Shown here in pieces: positions 1 through 14,792 of a stretch of 54,811 nucleotides of DNA. This stretch comes from Polymyxa betae A26-41 (lineage: Eukaryota; Protista; Endomyxa: Phytomyxea): contig RBZT01000568.1 in the NCBI GenBank assembly GCA_003693705.1, forward strand, positions 1 to 54,811. Direction: 5' to 3'. The number at the start of each line of letters is the position of its first letter. Position 1 is the first letter of the stretch. Under the pieces are notes generated by a model that ran no database searches, was not told where the DNA came from, and saw only the letters and a list, made by a program, of their open reading frames with translations. The position numbers and the translations under genes are program-made.

Positions 1-73
1 GTAGAGAGATGTTGGGTTATGAGACGCAGTTTCAAGGAGGGGGATCCTTCATTATCAATAATACTGTATCAAT

Positions 74-3328
<3,255 letters not shown>

Positions 3329-3929
3329 ATCAATGTCCATATTTTTAATGTATTGATTAAATAAGATCCCTGGCTTCTTTCTAGACGATCTGTTTGTTTG
3401 TTATTTGGCTGTAGCTTATTGTTTCTACGTACATCTCTCTGTCAAGTTTCAGAATCACCGAACAATTGCAGGATTCTTAAATCTACGGTTCGACCACTCT
3501 TGGAAGTTTTCAACGGTTTTTGGTCAAAAGGGAGTTTCTTCACCATCAGTAATATGCGATTGCTAATGATCAAGACATTTGCATAAATGGTGAATGCGGA
3601 CGATGGTCGTGGTCTTTAAACTTGCTGTCATTGACTACGAAGCAGTACTGTGAATTGATCAAAGTCCTTCCCACGTAGTTATCCTTCTCGCCAGCAATTA
3701 ACCACAATTCTGGACAGTTCTGGTCTGATCATCAGTCACTGGTTGTTTGTTAGTTTATAGGTCTGTATTTGATCTGATTAGTGATTGATTTGATATTGAC
3801 ATTTGTGTGGTATTGGTATAGGAAAGTGTCTGTTGTTAGATTCTGGTTGTTGACAGCGACAGCTCTGTCGCTACGCACTAAGAATCACGATAATATTCAG
3901 TTAGGCTGTTTAGCTGCGAGTGACGCTGT

Positions 3930-5174
3930 ATGGCGTCGTCGTACGCTGTCGAAGATACCAGGCCCCTTGCCGAGGTCCTTACACAAGCTGTCGCTCCGGC
4001 TGGGCTTTCTGTCGATGACGAACCTGTTGAACGAGCAAAACAGGCACTAGCTCAGCAACTGTTTGTCAATGCTTATACAATGCGATTCAAACGTCAACGA
4101 ACTGGCGGTTGGGATTGGCTTCAGAAAGAGCCCTTTCTAATTCCAATGTGCCTTGCCGATCTGATCGGTCATTGTCTCGATCAAACAACAGGTTCGTTCT
4201 GAATGCTATTTCAAGGCAGTTTCCATGATTACGATTACAGCTTCGGAATGTGAAGATAATAATGAACCTTTGACGTACTTGCCCTGCAACGCAGCATTGA
4301 AGTTTCTATTGACCAACTCCAGTTTGGAACCATCTGCTCCAGAAGCTGCATTCTCCAATGGCTCGTCAACACCCATCGCATCTGTGAACCAGACGCCGAC
4401 CTTATCGGCTATTCGTCTGGCACAGGTCGATGAGCCAATCGATTTCGCCCGAAATCTGGCTCTGGTAGACAATGATTGCGATCTGGTCGAGAAACGATCC
4501 CGTTCGGAATCGCCCCGTGGTCGCCGCTCCATCACCAAGTCTCGAAACCACAAGAAATCGCGATCGTCGCGGTATTCGAAGTCATCAGTTCGACAGCCAA
4601 TTAGTCGTCCACCTTCTGAACCTTCACCTGAACCAACTCCTTGCCCACCTCCACCTGAAACAAACACAGCTTCACCATCAAAATCTGCCAAGAAGGACGC
4701 GCAAGCTCTTCGTGACCCGATAAGAATTCAAAGAAGGTCTGTTCGTGATTCGGCGCTGGTTAAGGCCATGATTAACACATTGGAACGTATTTCTGGTCCT
4801 CAATCATTTCATATCGATATGATTCATGCTGTATCGGTGCTAGATGATGAGCAATCATCATGTGATAGCGACAGCAGTGATAATAGTGGCAGTGATATCG
4901 ATGATGAAGGAAGGCGGCCAAGGCGAAGTACGAGGTCGACTCCAATCAAAGGAGAGAGCCTTGTTCACGGTCGAGATCATTCTAATAGCGTCTCTAAACG
5001 AAGAGAAAGTATGAGGTTCTCTCTTTTCAGCTGATTGATTATTGTCGTTTTGTAGTTCTTTCTGTTTCAAGATGATTGTTTCATGCCCAACGTTCACTGA
5101 TTTATTTTAGTGGAACGCTCGAGACACGAAAACTATTACAGGAATGGGACATCGCCGAAGCGAAAGCGAATTAA
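3930..5174 (+). CDS. Hypothetical protein, Ser/Arg/Pro-rich (about 3 exons)
   Basis: ORFs 3930-4202 and 4225-5034 can be joined by a short GT-AG intron. A probable last exon ends at TAA 5172-5174. No family recognised. Confidence 0.6.
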
Positions 5175-5309
5175 TTATTCTAGTGATAGATAAGAACTTG
5201 ACACATCACTATCTGACATTTGTAATGTTATGTCGTAATAAACCATATTGCAATATCCATTTTTAACATACAATTGCTGCATAATCATGCAGAACGAACA
5301 TTGCCCACT

Positions 5310-6934
5310 TCATCTCTGTTGTTGCTCGACTTGATTAAATAGCAATGCCTTCATGATCTGCGAGCAATGTCCATGGCAATGCTCAACAGAGAGTTCCGTC
5401 CTATTGTCAAGAACATAAAAGATCGAATCAACAAAAAAGCGAGTACAATAACTAACGCTGTTTGCGAAGCTTGCGATAATTGTCCTTCAACTCGATTAAA
5501 CTGACTAACACGTGAACGCGATTGGGATACATTCAATGATCGCCTTGATTCGCAATCGACGGAATCCAGCTTGTTCGTGATCGCAGCAATACGAGATGGA
5601 AGACGCTGTCGATTTTCACTGTCCATAATCGATGAAGATGAAAGAACCTAAATGCATATTTGAGCATAACAGTTGCCAAGTTGTTGAAACAGGCGGCACC
5701 TTGATCCACAAATGTTTTTGGGAAAGAACATCGAGAACTTGCTGACCGGTTCTGCTCAGGAAATTTTCTACAGGAAGTTCGTAATATCTGATTAAAAGCA
5801 TTCAGAGAGAATTTTAACGAGAAGACGTTGAGAGGAGATAAAATGCATCATAACAGTTCGTTCAGCAATGAGCTTAATTGGAAAAACAAAAAGAGGTCAT
5901 CAAAACCTAACAACAAAAAAGCATGCAAACTACCAAAACCTCAAATTGAGGACCAAACATTCGCTACCTGTGATACAACTTTCCCCAACGAACCTGTTTG
6001 GCATTATCATCAACAGATATGGTGCCATCCGGGCAGAGATTCTCAGCCGGTTTATAGTTGGGCGGATAGCATCGGAAGACGCCAAATTCCGGGCGCTGCT
6101 TCGCTAACGATCGCAACGGATCAATGACGATGGCGATCCATTTCGGTGTCAATTGCGACTGCCACGACCTGGATACAAATAATCAATAGAGAATCATAAA
6201 GTCAATGAAAGAGTTGAACCATTGTGTAGAGACATCGGTAGCAGATAGGAAACAATGAGAATGAGTTTCAACATCAAATGGATGACTGTGATACCATCCA
6301 ATAAAACGCTCCAGACGGGTTCGTTGAAGTTGCTCACTTAAATCAACCTTTGTACGATTTAGTCGTGAACCTGAGAGAAATGATCACACGATAACAAACC
6401 ATGTGCTTAATGACACTTTCATCATCGGCTACAACACGAGATTCAGTTCCTTCCACAGGCAGAGCGAAACAATCTGTCACTAACACAGAGCAAACCGATG
6501 AATATGGAGATAAAGCTGTGGCTAATTAATCAATTACCGATTACTGTCTTTCCATCAACTTTTCCTATTAACAATCCCATAATCTCCAGAGGTTTTGATC
6601 CTCGACGAACACCCTGTTCTACACCAGATAAAGCATGCTTCATCTAAAAATCCAACTCAGCTCTGAATTGTTGGAGAATGATTCGCTAAACCATCTTCAT
6701 GGTGGCTAAAGCAGCAATAATGCATTTAGTGAATGGCTGGGGACTGAGACCATATCGGTAAATGAAGAGCGGTCGAGGGATACTTAGGCCCTACTCATGT
6801 TCGACCCTGAGACGTCGATCTACTTGATCTTCAATAGCTAAATCACATGAGAACATCTGCAGATCATGTTCTTCTATTGAATGCATTTCAATAACCTCAA
6901 TGAATATCGGTCGCACAATATTCTCTTCAAACAT
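5310..6934 (-). CDS. CSN5: COP9 signalosome subunit 5-like JAMM/MPN metalloisopeptidase (multi-exon)
   Basis: Exons encode MKMMKHA, EIMGLLIGK, DCFALPVEGTESRV, WYHSHP...FLSATD, IAIVIDPLRS, YYEL and C-terminal HGHCSQIMKALLFN. The start codon is less certain. Confidence 0.85.
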
Positions 6935-6992
6935 CACGTCATGGGAAACCCTAACCCTGTGTCAATCAAATACAGTTTATTTAGCCTCCTAA

Positions 6993-9900
6993 TCAGGAGC
7001 CGCCATTTGGTTTCAGATTGAGAAGATTTTCAACGAATACAGTGGGAGTAATGACTGATGGTATGGAAGACAGATCACAATCTGGATTTATCAAACGGTA
7101 GCACTGCTCAAACTCGGATTTACTGAGATGCTCCCCATAATGCTCCCATTTTGACATTAACACATCTAATGATATATCTCCCTTATCAGTGGAGCCTAAT
7201 ACACGAAATGCTTTCGCTATAGAATCCAGATCAGGATCTGGATTCACTGGTCGATGATTCAGAAGTAGGTCAAGGAAATCCTGCAGCGAAATAGTGCCTT
7301 CTGGGATCTGTTGCAGATCTTGTATGGATGCCTGAGTTGGATCCAATTTCCATCTTAATTCTGTGTAGATCTGTTCAATATTCTCCTGGCTCAAATAGCA
7401 CCCTAACGCCCTCATAACATTCACAACTTCCTTCAACTCCACTACATCGCTTGGCGACTCTCCAGTACGTCCATACTGCTTTAACGTCACATATGATATC
7501 ATATGACGAATGCGATCAAGATCATCTGCCTGATATGATACAGAATTCGATGTCATTGCGAAACGGAATTGTTGCTGATCAATTCGCCATAGATGGATAC
7601 ATTGATGCCTGCTATCACACGATAGCATTGAATTTCCGTCAAATCCGGCCACAGCCTGGTCGATGGGGCCAGCATGTCCAATGACAGCTGTATTTTGATT
7701 GAAGCTCACCGGAATTTGGATCAGACCCAGAAATCGTTCTGCAGAGGTATACGCCATAACCCTGTGAAACATACTCGCATCAACAGCCTAGAATCAGGAG
7801 CAGATATAAAAACATCAAAAGAGCATGCAAAACAGAAAGGGAAGATGAGCCTGTGAGACTGGAAACATGAAATTAGCAATATTCAAGTGGATATCATTAC
7901 TCATTAGATGATGATAATGGAATGAATCGCTGGGCAAGATATTGATCATTAACAGGTCCATGACCAGTACGTATACAGATCCATTGACCATCAGTCTCCC
8001 GCTCAACAAACGTCTTCACTTTTCCACATGAATCTGATACAGACAGCAGGGAATTGGAAGTCTCCATATGAAGATACATGGAGACCGGTCTCGCCGTCAT
8101 ATCCAATCGCAGGACCGTCGTTCGGGGGACACGAACACCATCGGTCATGCTGGAATTGGGCAAATCGATCAAGGCCAAAGTTCGATCCAATGACAGAGAT
8201 AGAAGACGAGTGCATCGCCCCAGCTGTAAGCGAAATCGGTCGAATTCGATGTGAATGATCTCTCTCGAATGTGCTTCGGCACGTCCCAAATAGACCCATT
8301 TCTGATCAGTTCGAGACTTCTCGTACAGATACAAAAGATGTCGCTGATCTTGCCCACCCGGGACCGCCTCCGAACTGGCCATCGCCAAATACGAATCGCA
8401 CCAAGAAAAGGATATCAAATGCATTGATCCTCTACCGGCTTCGAATTGATCCATGACGACCAGACGATTTTGCAAAGAGCAGATTTGAATCTGGCCGGGT
8501 TCGGTACTAGATCGCAAGGCGATAGCCAATGACCGGTTCTCTGCTTTATATGAGAATGCCATCGAGGCAAATTGCAGATCGGAATTGAAGTGTTTGGCGA
8601 CCTGAATGGTTCGATCGACATAATCGATTAGTTGAAATGAGCCCGATCGAGTCCCAGCTGCAAATACTGGCTCAGACGGATGTGCTGCAATACAGGCAAT
8701 ATCATCACCGAAACCTGCTCAGTATAAGTTTGTTAAAGGGAACCCATCTCTGATGCTTTACCTTTAACTAACAGAAATCCACGAGGTGAGCTCGGATTTG
8801 GAATGGCCTGAATCGATTTTGCCGTTAGTTTGACAACGTTTGCCTGAGATGTGGCAAAGATGAATTCCGGGATATTGATCGTAACGCCAGCTTGTACAAT
8901 GATGGCTCCAGGTGAGGTTGATGCGAACGATAATGAATTGATGGGACCATAAGCGAAGTCCTCGAACCAGAATACAATACGGAACTGCAAATCGAGGAAT
9001 CGCAGGGCTTGGTCTTTGGATGCAACAGCAATAAGCTGATGAACGACATCAATGAAGGTGATGGGGGATGATGATCCCAATGGAACTGCTTTCATGAATG
9101 TTCGATGTGATTCAGCAAAAGGTTGAGCCCAGACAATAATGGTCCCTGTATCGGTTCCAGAAAGTACCTCGTTGCTGTTATGTTAACATTAGATTCAGCA
9201 ATTCATTACAGGAAAGTATTGAGAAAAGATGCAAAATCAGTGAGCAACAGACGCCGAGATATTGAGAAGCTCGTTGATAGTTTAAAGTAATAAAATATTA
9301 TGTGCAAAATGGAGGATAGAAAGTGAATTACCTATTTGGAATATGAACAGAATGTTGCAATTTGCCATATGCTCTGGTCCCAGAATATCCAGAATTCGGT
9401 ATCTGACAATCATTACAATTTCCATCCTTGATACCTCCCTGTATATCCCGCTCAATATGCAGGAATGTTACAGATTCAGAACCCGTGACATAGACATCAT
9501 CAGATGTCGGGTTCCAGCAGATCTGAAATCGCGGGCTCTGACTCGGGGACAAATTAACTTGAACCAGAACGTCCTGGGCCCAAGTCCACAATAAAACGCA
9601 TTGATCACCATGCGTCAGCAATGCGATTGAGGCCCCATTAGGGCACGTACAGAGAGATGCCACTCCCTGATTCAGATTTCGGGTCGCCAGCGGTAATCCT
9701 GAACTTGACTCCCAGATGATGACAAGACCATCTGGATGCCCTTCAGATTCAGCAGTAACGATGACAGATCGATCAGCAGATGTGGCAATCGCACCTGTTG
9801 ACGAATCAAGATTAGAGTCGAGCACAGCAGGCGTTATGACAAACCAATAGCGGACGTATGGCCAATTAGTAACTGTTGCTGTCCGGCGACATAGTTGTAG

Positions 9901-10037
9901 ATGACGGCATGAAGACCAGCGATAGAAACAAGACAATTGGAACGAGATGGGTGCAGGTCGTGAACCGAGTTACTTACCCAGGATGAGAAACCAAACGTCC
10001 AGACCAAATCCAAGCCGCTTTCGCCATCGCCAGACAT
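6993..10037 (-). CDS. CFAP251: Cilia/flagella-associated WD40 + EF-hand-like protein CFAP251/WDR66 (multi-exon)
   Basis: N-terminal LVWTFGF...VHDL...AVIYNY...QQLLIGH, several WD repeats, LRFLDLQFRIVFWFE, and C-terminal VMRALGCY...LLNHRP...AFRVLG...GEHLS. Confidence 0.8.
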
Positions 10038-10145
10038 GGTCCAGTACCTGTGACATGATGATCAGATTCGTCACTTCGCCAAGCGAATTGTCGTTGCAAG
10101 CAGAAACACTTTGCAATTCGGGTTTGCCAGGTCGAAATGTGGACG

Positions 10146-10164
10146 AAAAAAACGCATCAAAAAA
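10146..10164 (-). terminator. Pol III oligo-T terminators of the tRNA
   Basis: T6 and T7 runs lie immediately 3' of the tRNA on the minus strand. Confidence 0.7.
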
Positions 10165-10166
10165 TA

Positions 10167-10239
10167 TCGCTCGGCCAGGCTTCGATCCTGGGACTTCTGG
10201 GTTATGGGCCCAGCACGCTGCCAACTGCGTCACCAAGCG
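10167..10239 (-). tRNA. tRNA-Met(CAT), initiator-type
   Basis: Cloverleaf folds: acceptor CGCTTGG/CCGAGCG, D stem ACGC/GCGT, anticodon stem CTGGG/CCCAG with loop CCCATAA, T stem CCAGG/CCTGG with loop ATCGAAG, discriminator A. T-runs follow downstream. Confidence 0.93.
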
Positions 10240-10596
10240 GAACTGCATGCAGCTCTCATCTGATATTTAATCCTTAACGAATAAAGAAGCATTCAAACAA
10301 CTACTGTATCCTTGACAAATATCACAACGAAAGCAACGGCAAAAGTGAAACTTTTCTGATCATATATTTTAGCGCGGTAACGTTCAAATTCCAATCATCA
10401 TAAATGCAAGCAACAGCAGTCGTATAAATTCACAATGTCTAGTAACAACTCAAACGCTTTTGGCTCTGTCAATCAAATTCAACTAGAATGGTTTCATCAT
10501 TCCATCTGCAATCAAAACCAGCAAAACGGTGTGGCGAAGCATTACCTGTTGCTGATATCGATACCGATAAGAATCTTGGGATCGACCATGATCGTC

Positions 10597-11039
10597 GTTG
10601 ACATGCCGGTCTCAGCGCCAATTTCGAGGCGGCTGACTCGTCAGCCAGCCTGTGCCGAGGAGCGCCCGATTCCCTGACATGACCCTCGTCTAGGCCGGAT
10701 CGATCGCCTGGCCTGAGACCAGATTCGATAATTCTTGGCAGTCTGTATACGATAGCGCTCTGTGCCTTAAGATAAAAGAGGTCTCTCTCTCTCTCTGTCT
10801 CGTTGGAAGCAGCAGGAGGGTCGTCGACGTCTGGACTTACGCAGTGCGGCGCTGATCATAACGTTGGGCGCAAGGGGTACCCCAACCTTCCCAACCACCC
10901 AGGGTAAAGATTATCGCTCAGAGCAGCCAGCTAACCACGACAACGATATAACCCTCCCTTAGAGTCACCCATCGTCATCGGCGCCGTCTGTCTTCACATC
11001 AGTTGTTGCCAGCAACCCTGCCTATCTCGTCATGTCAAC
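10597..11039. ncRNA. Candidate structured non-coding RNA, unidentified
   Basis: The ends pair (GTTGACATG/CATGTCAAC). Internal stems are GGTCTCAG/CTGAGACC, GGCTGA/TCAGCC, AGGCC/GGCCT, GGAGGGT/ACCCTCC and GTTGGG/CCCAAC. No credible ORF. Confidence 0.4.
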
Positions 11040-11060
11040 CGTCTATCACGTTCCCGTCAG

Positions 11061-11146
11061 TTCAAAATTTGAATTTGGCGCCTTTTTATTTTCCATTTTT
11101 GTTGTTGTGATTCGTGCCTGTATCAGCTATTATTTTATTGGCGCCA
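11061..11146 (+). promoter_or_regulatory. CHR-like and E2F-like elements upstream of the cyclin
   Basis: TTCAAA 11061-66, TTTGAA 11068-73, TTTGGCGCC 11074-82 and TTGGCGCCA 11138-46. Confidence 0.5.
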
Positions 11147-11307
11147 GATTTACATTTCAATTTAACATGGGGCTGAGTGGGCTATCGTTACGTACCCCCA
11201 GTAAACCCTAGGGCTACACCCATTTGTACGAATCTCCAGCCCGCCCTTGGGCCATAGTTGAAAGAAAATTACACCAGCGTCCGTACCGACCCATTAACTG
11301 ATTCAAG

Positions 11308-12748
11308 ATGATCCAGGCAGCCAATGATGAGAACGTCAATCAGGATTCAGCCGCCGTCCAAAAGAAGATCGCCGCCCATCACGTCAAGCGAGCGCCACTC
11401 GGCGATATCAGTAATCAGATTCCGGCCAGCAAACACGCCAAGAATGCAACCAAACAAGATGCCATTTGTAAAGCATTGAAACCAGAAGCCAAACTTGTGA
11501 TCGAAGAGAAAGCCCCGACTATTATCAAATCTAACGATGAGCCATCTGTTGTGCCAATGGAGCTAGATGATGTCGATCTTGAGATCGATGAAGTGTTAGT
11601 ATAGCTTCAGGTTGATGTCTTCGCCATCAATGCTTATTATACCTTTGTCTACGTTTAGGGATATCAGTCATATCGATGATCCACAATGGGTAGCAGAATA
11701 CGCCAGCGATATCTATGATCACTACTTTCGAATTGAATCAAAATACAGACCCTCCCAAGATTATATGGATTGTCAGAACGATATTCGGCCTGATATGAGG
11801 CGCATTCTGGTCGACTGGCTTGTTGAGGTAAGATTCATTACAATGGTTGCAATTGAATCTCAGTGGTCGTTTCAGATTCATAACATGTTCAAGTTAAAAC
11901 AAGAGACCTTATTTCTTGCTATTAACCTTCTTGACCGGTACGTAAAATACTTTAAGATAGCGATGACTGAGCTGATAAACGCTTCAGCTATTTGGCGATT
12001 AAAAAGATTCTCCGCACTCGCCTTCAGCTGATTGGGAGCGTCGCTCTTTTTGTTGCTTCGAAATACGAAGAGATGTTTGCTCCTGAAGTCGAAGATTTCG
12101 TTTATGTATCTGACAAGGTGTGATTGATTTTGCAGTTCGGTAGTATGGGTAAATCCTCACCATTAACTAGGCCTTCACTCGAGATGACGTTTTGATGTGT
12201 GAGTCTGAATTTTGTACGTCGCTTGAGTTTATCTTCTCTGTTCCAACTGCCTTCCATTTTTCTCAACGATTCACGCAGGTATAAAACAAATTCGTGTCCA
12301 AAGAGAAATCGTTAATTGTTTGGGACAGGTTGCAGAATTTGACGAGCGCAGCTCTTTTTTTACGAGCTATCTAATGGAGTTATCGCTGCTCGAGTATTCG
12401 TTCTTGGTAAGAGCGAGTACGTCAGACGAAAGAGATTAGCGTTGAATCAATTGGCAGGCATACCCGCCCTCGGTAATTGCAGCTTCGGCTGTCTATTTAA
12501 CCACTTACTTCGATGGACAACCATGGGCCGATCATCTGGTTCAGCATACCCGCTATATGTACGCTGATATTCGCCCATGTGTCAAAGAGATGTATGCTTT
12601 GCTTGCTTCCGATAAGAGCAGCAACTCGGTAGCGAAAAAGTATTCCTCGAAATCGAGGAAGCGAGTTACCCAGATCGGAAGAGACGTGGTCGAGGCTCAG
12701 TTACGCCAGCACCAGGAGCAGGCAGCAAAGTCTAGCCAAACTCAATGA
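11308..12748 (+). CDS. Mitotic cyclin (B-type-like, multi-exon)
   Basis: Destruction box RAPLGDISN; cyclin box [45 protein letters not shown]; C-terminal VAKKYS. Confidence 0.92.
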
Positions 12749-12886
12749 TTATAAATCATAGTCTAATTCATGTAGTTCTGATAAGATTAATTACAGACAC
12801 ACAATGTATTATAATGCCTTGTAAATCTGGTCTCATGACTTTATTGGCAGTAAAACATAACTTGAGATATGAGGAAACCATTTAAA

Positions 12887-14792
12887 TCATCGTTTCCATG
12901 AGCGATCTACATCCTCGTCTTCATCGTCATCGCTAATCCCATCATGAACATGGCTGGGTTCGACATGGGTCGGAGCATGCGATTGTATGACATCGTCGAC
13001 CTGTCCTTCATACCATTCCAATTCCAAATGGTGCTTTAGCATCACCCTTCCTTGGGATAACGCCAGCTGGGCCATATTTCTCGTCTTATATTCGACAAGA
13101 GCAGACGATGCCTCGCCCAAAGCGCCCAGCACAACCCGACCAAGCTCTCCGAAACTTTGGAAGTGCGATCTGACCATTTTCTCGTTTAGAAACTGATCGG
13201 GGATGCCTCGAACAGCCAACGTCTTTGATCGATTATCGAGCGACATTCGTCGACCTTCATGAGAGACACGTCCTCGGCCACGCCTTCCACGAACACTGCC
13301 GCCTCGTCCCATCTTGCCATAGACAATATTACCGAATTCGTCAACGAGCCCGATAGCGGCAGCCTCCTTTTCAGCTTGCGCTAGCTGTTCTTGAATTGAA
13401 GGAGCTGCAGCACCATCGGTTGATTCTGTTGGAGCAGCGACCTCTTCAACGACAGGCAATGATTCCAGCTTCTGTTCAAGTTCGCGAACCTCAGTCTCGA
13501 GCTTTTCAATCTGGGCCTGGCGAGCAGCGTTCTCACCAGTCATACTCTTCAACTTCGTAAGCAGCGTATTCTTGCTGTTAATATCGGATGAAAGTTGTAA
13601 ACGATCACGACGCACTTGAGCGTCTTTCTCCTGCTGTCTTAAGAGCAAGATCTGTTCATCCATGATGCTAGGTGCACCATCGCCATCAACAGCAAGCTTG
13701 GAATTTTTATCCATCGGGTCATAACGTGCCCAAAGCACCTATCCAAATATATCAGATCATGCGAGGGTCAAAATTAAACGTTCAACCTTAATAAACCGGT
13801 TGTTGCAGACCGCTTCTGGGCATGAGAGCGCTTTCTTCGCTTGATCGTGCGTTCTGTATTGAACAAAAGCACGGTTTGCATTTGCTTTTATCTGGATATT
13901 GACAATTTCGCCGAAACGCGAAAAGTGGCCACTCAACGAGGCTAAATTGTTGAGCTCACGTGGGACGTTAGCAATCATCAAATTAGTCGGGCTTCGCGGA
14001 CGATCATTCGGCATACGTTCGGTGGGTCGCTCATTCTGCTGACGTTCATTCGCCGGCTTCTTCTCGTGATGAGGCGATGGCTGCTGCGGAAGAGGAGACT
14101 CCATCTGATTCTGGCCGTTAGGAGGTGGTGCTGCAGCATTGTTGGAAGGCCAGCGCGATGATGACCTTCGGGTTGAAGTCATCTGATCAGCAATAGGTGA
14201 TGGAGGTCTCATTCTTTGCATGTAGGGAGTTGATGATGGCATAGGAGACCGATATTCATTGTATGGATGGCGAGGCATCTGCATACGTCTGTCGTCATAA
14301 TGACGAGAAGAAGGCGGTGGGACATCCATCAAAGTTCGCCCATAATCGTCATTAACACGATATTCGTCGCCGCTTCGGCGATGATGGTCGTGATGGCGAT
14401 ATCGGTCGTCATGACGACCTCGCTTATTCTCGTATGGCATATACAGTGAGCTTCGATTTCGGCTGCTGCCTTCGTGGTGCCGTTTCCGATGAGACGATGA
14501 CCCCTCGCCGGTCAGATCGGCGATTAGGCTGAATAACCCATTGACAAAATGTGACGTCTGATGACCCAGAAATTCTTCCAGTTCGGTCGAGCACGATTCT
14601 CTTAAAGCATCCATTGGCTGATCGCGTTGTAATAACGCCAATATATATGAGGACAAGGCCTCAGGATCGGCATCACACCTAAGGTCGAGTTAGCGGCGAT
14701 TCCGGAATCCTGGTCACATTAACGAACATTTTTGGCAATCGGTCATGGAGATGCCGCTTGACAGGTTCGACGACCGATGATCGCAGCGTCAT
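12887..14792 (-). CDS. RBM26: RBM26/RBM27-like PWI + two-RRM RNA-binding protein (3 exons)
   Basis: PWI-like CDADPEALSSYILALL; RRM1 NVPRELNN...HFSRFGEIVNIQ...AVCNNRFIKVLW; LDNRSK followed by a second RRM; C-terminal RSWKR. Confidence 0.85.

Noticed and set aside
9947-10270. ORFs overlapping the tRNA
   Set aside because: Explained by the tRNA and the first CFAP251 exon; no protein motif.
10605-10650. Hammerhead ribozyme (minus-strand CTGACGA...GAAA)
   Set aside because: Stems II and III cannot form properly, and the core is sequestered in a GGCTGA/TCAGCC hairpin.
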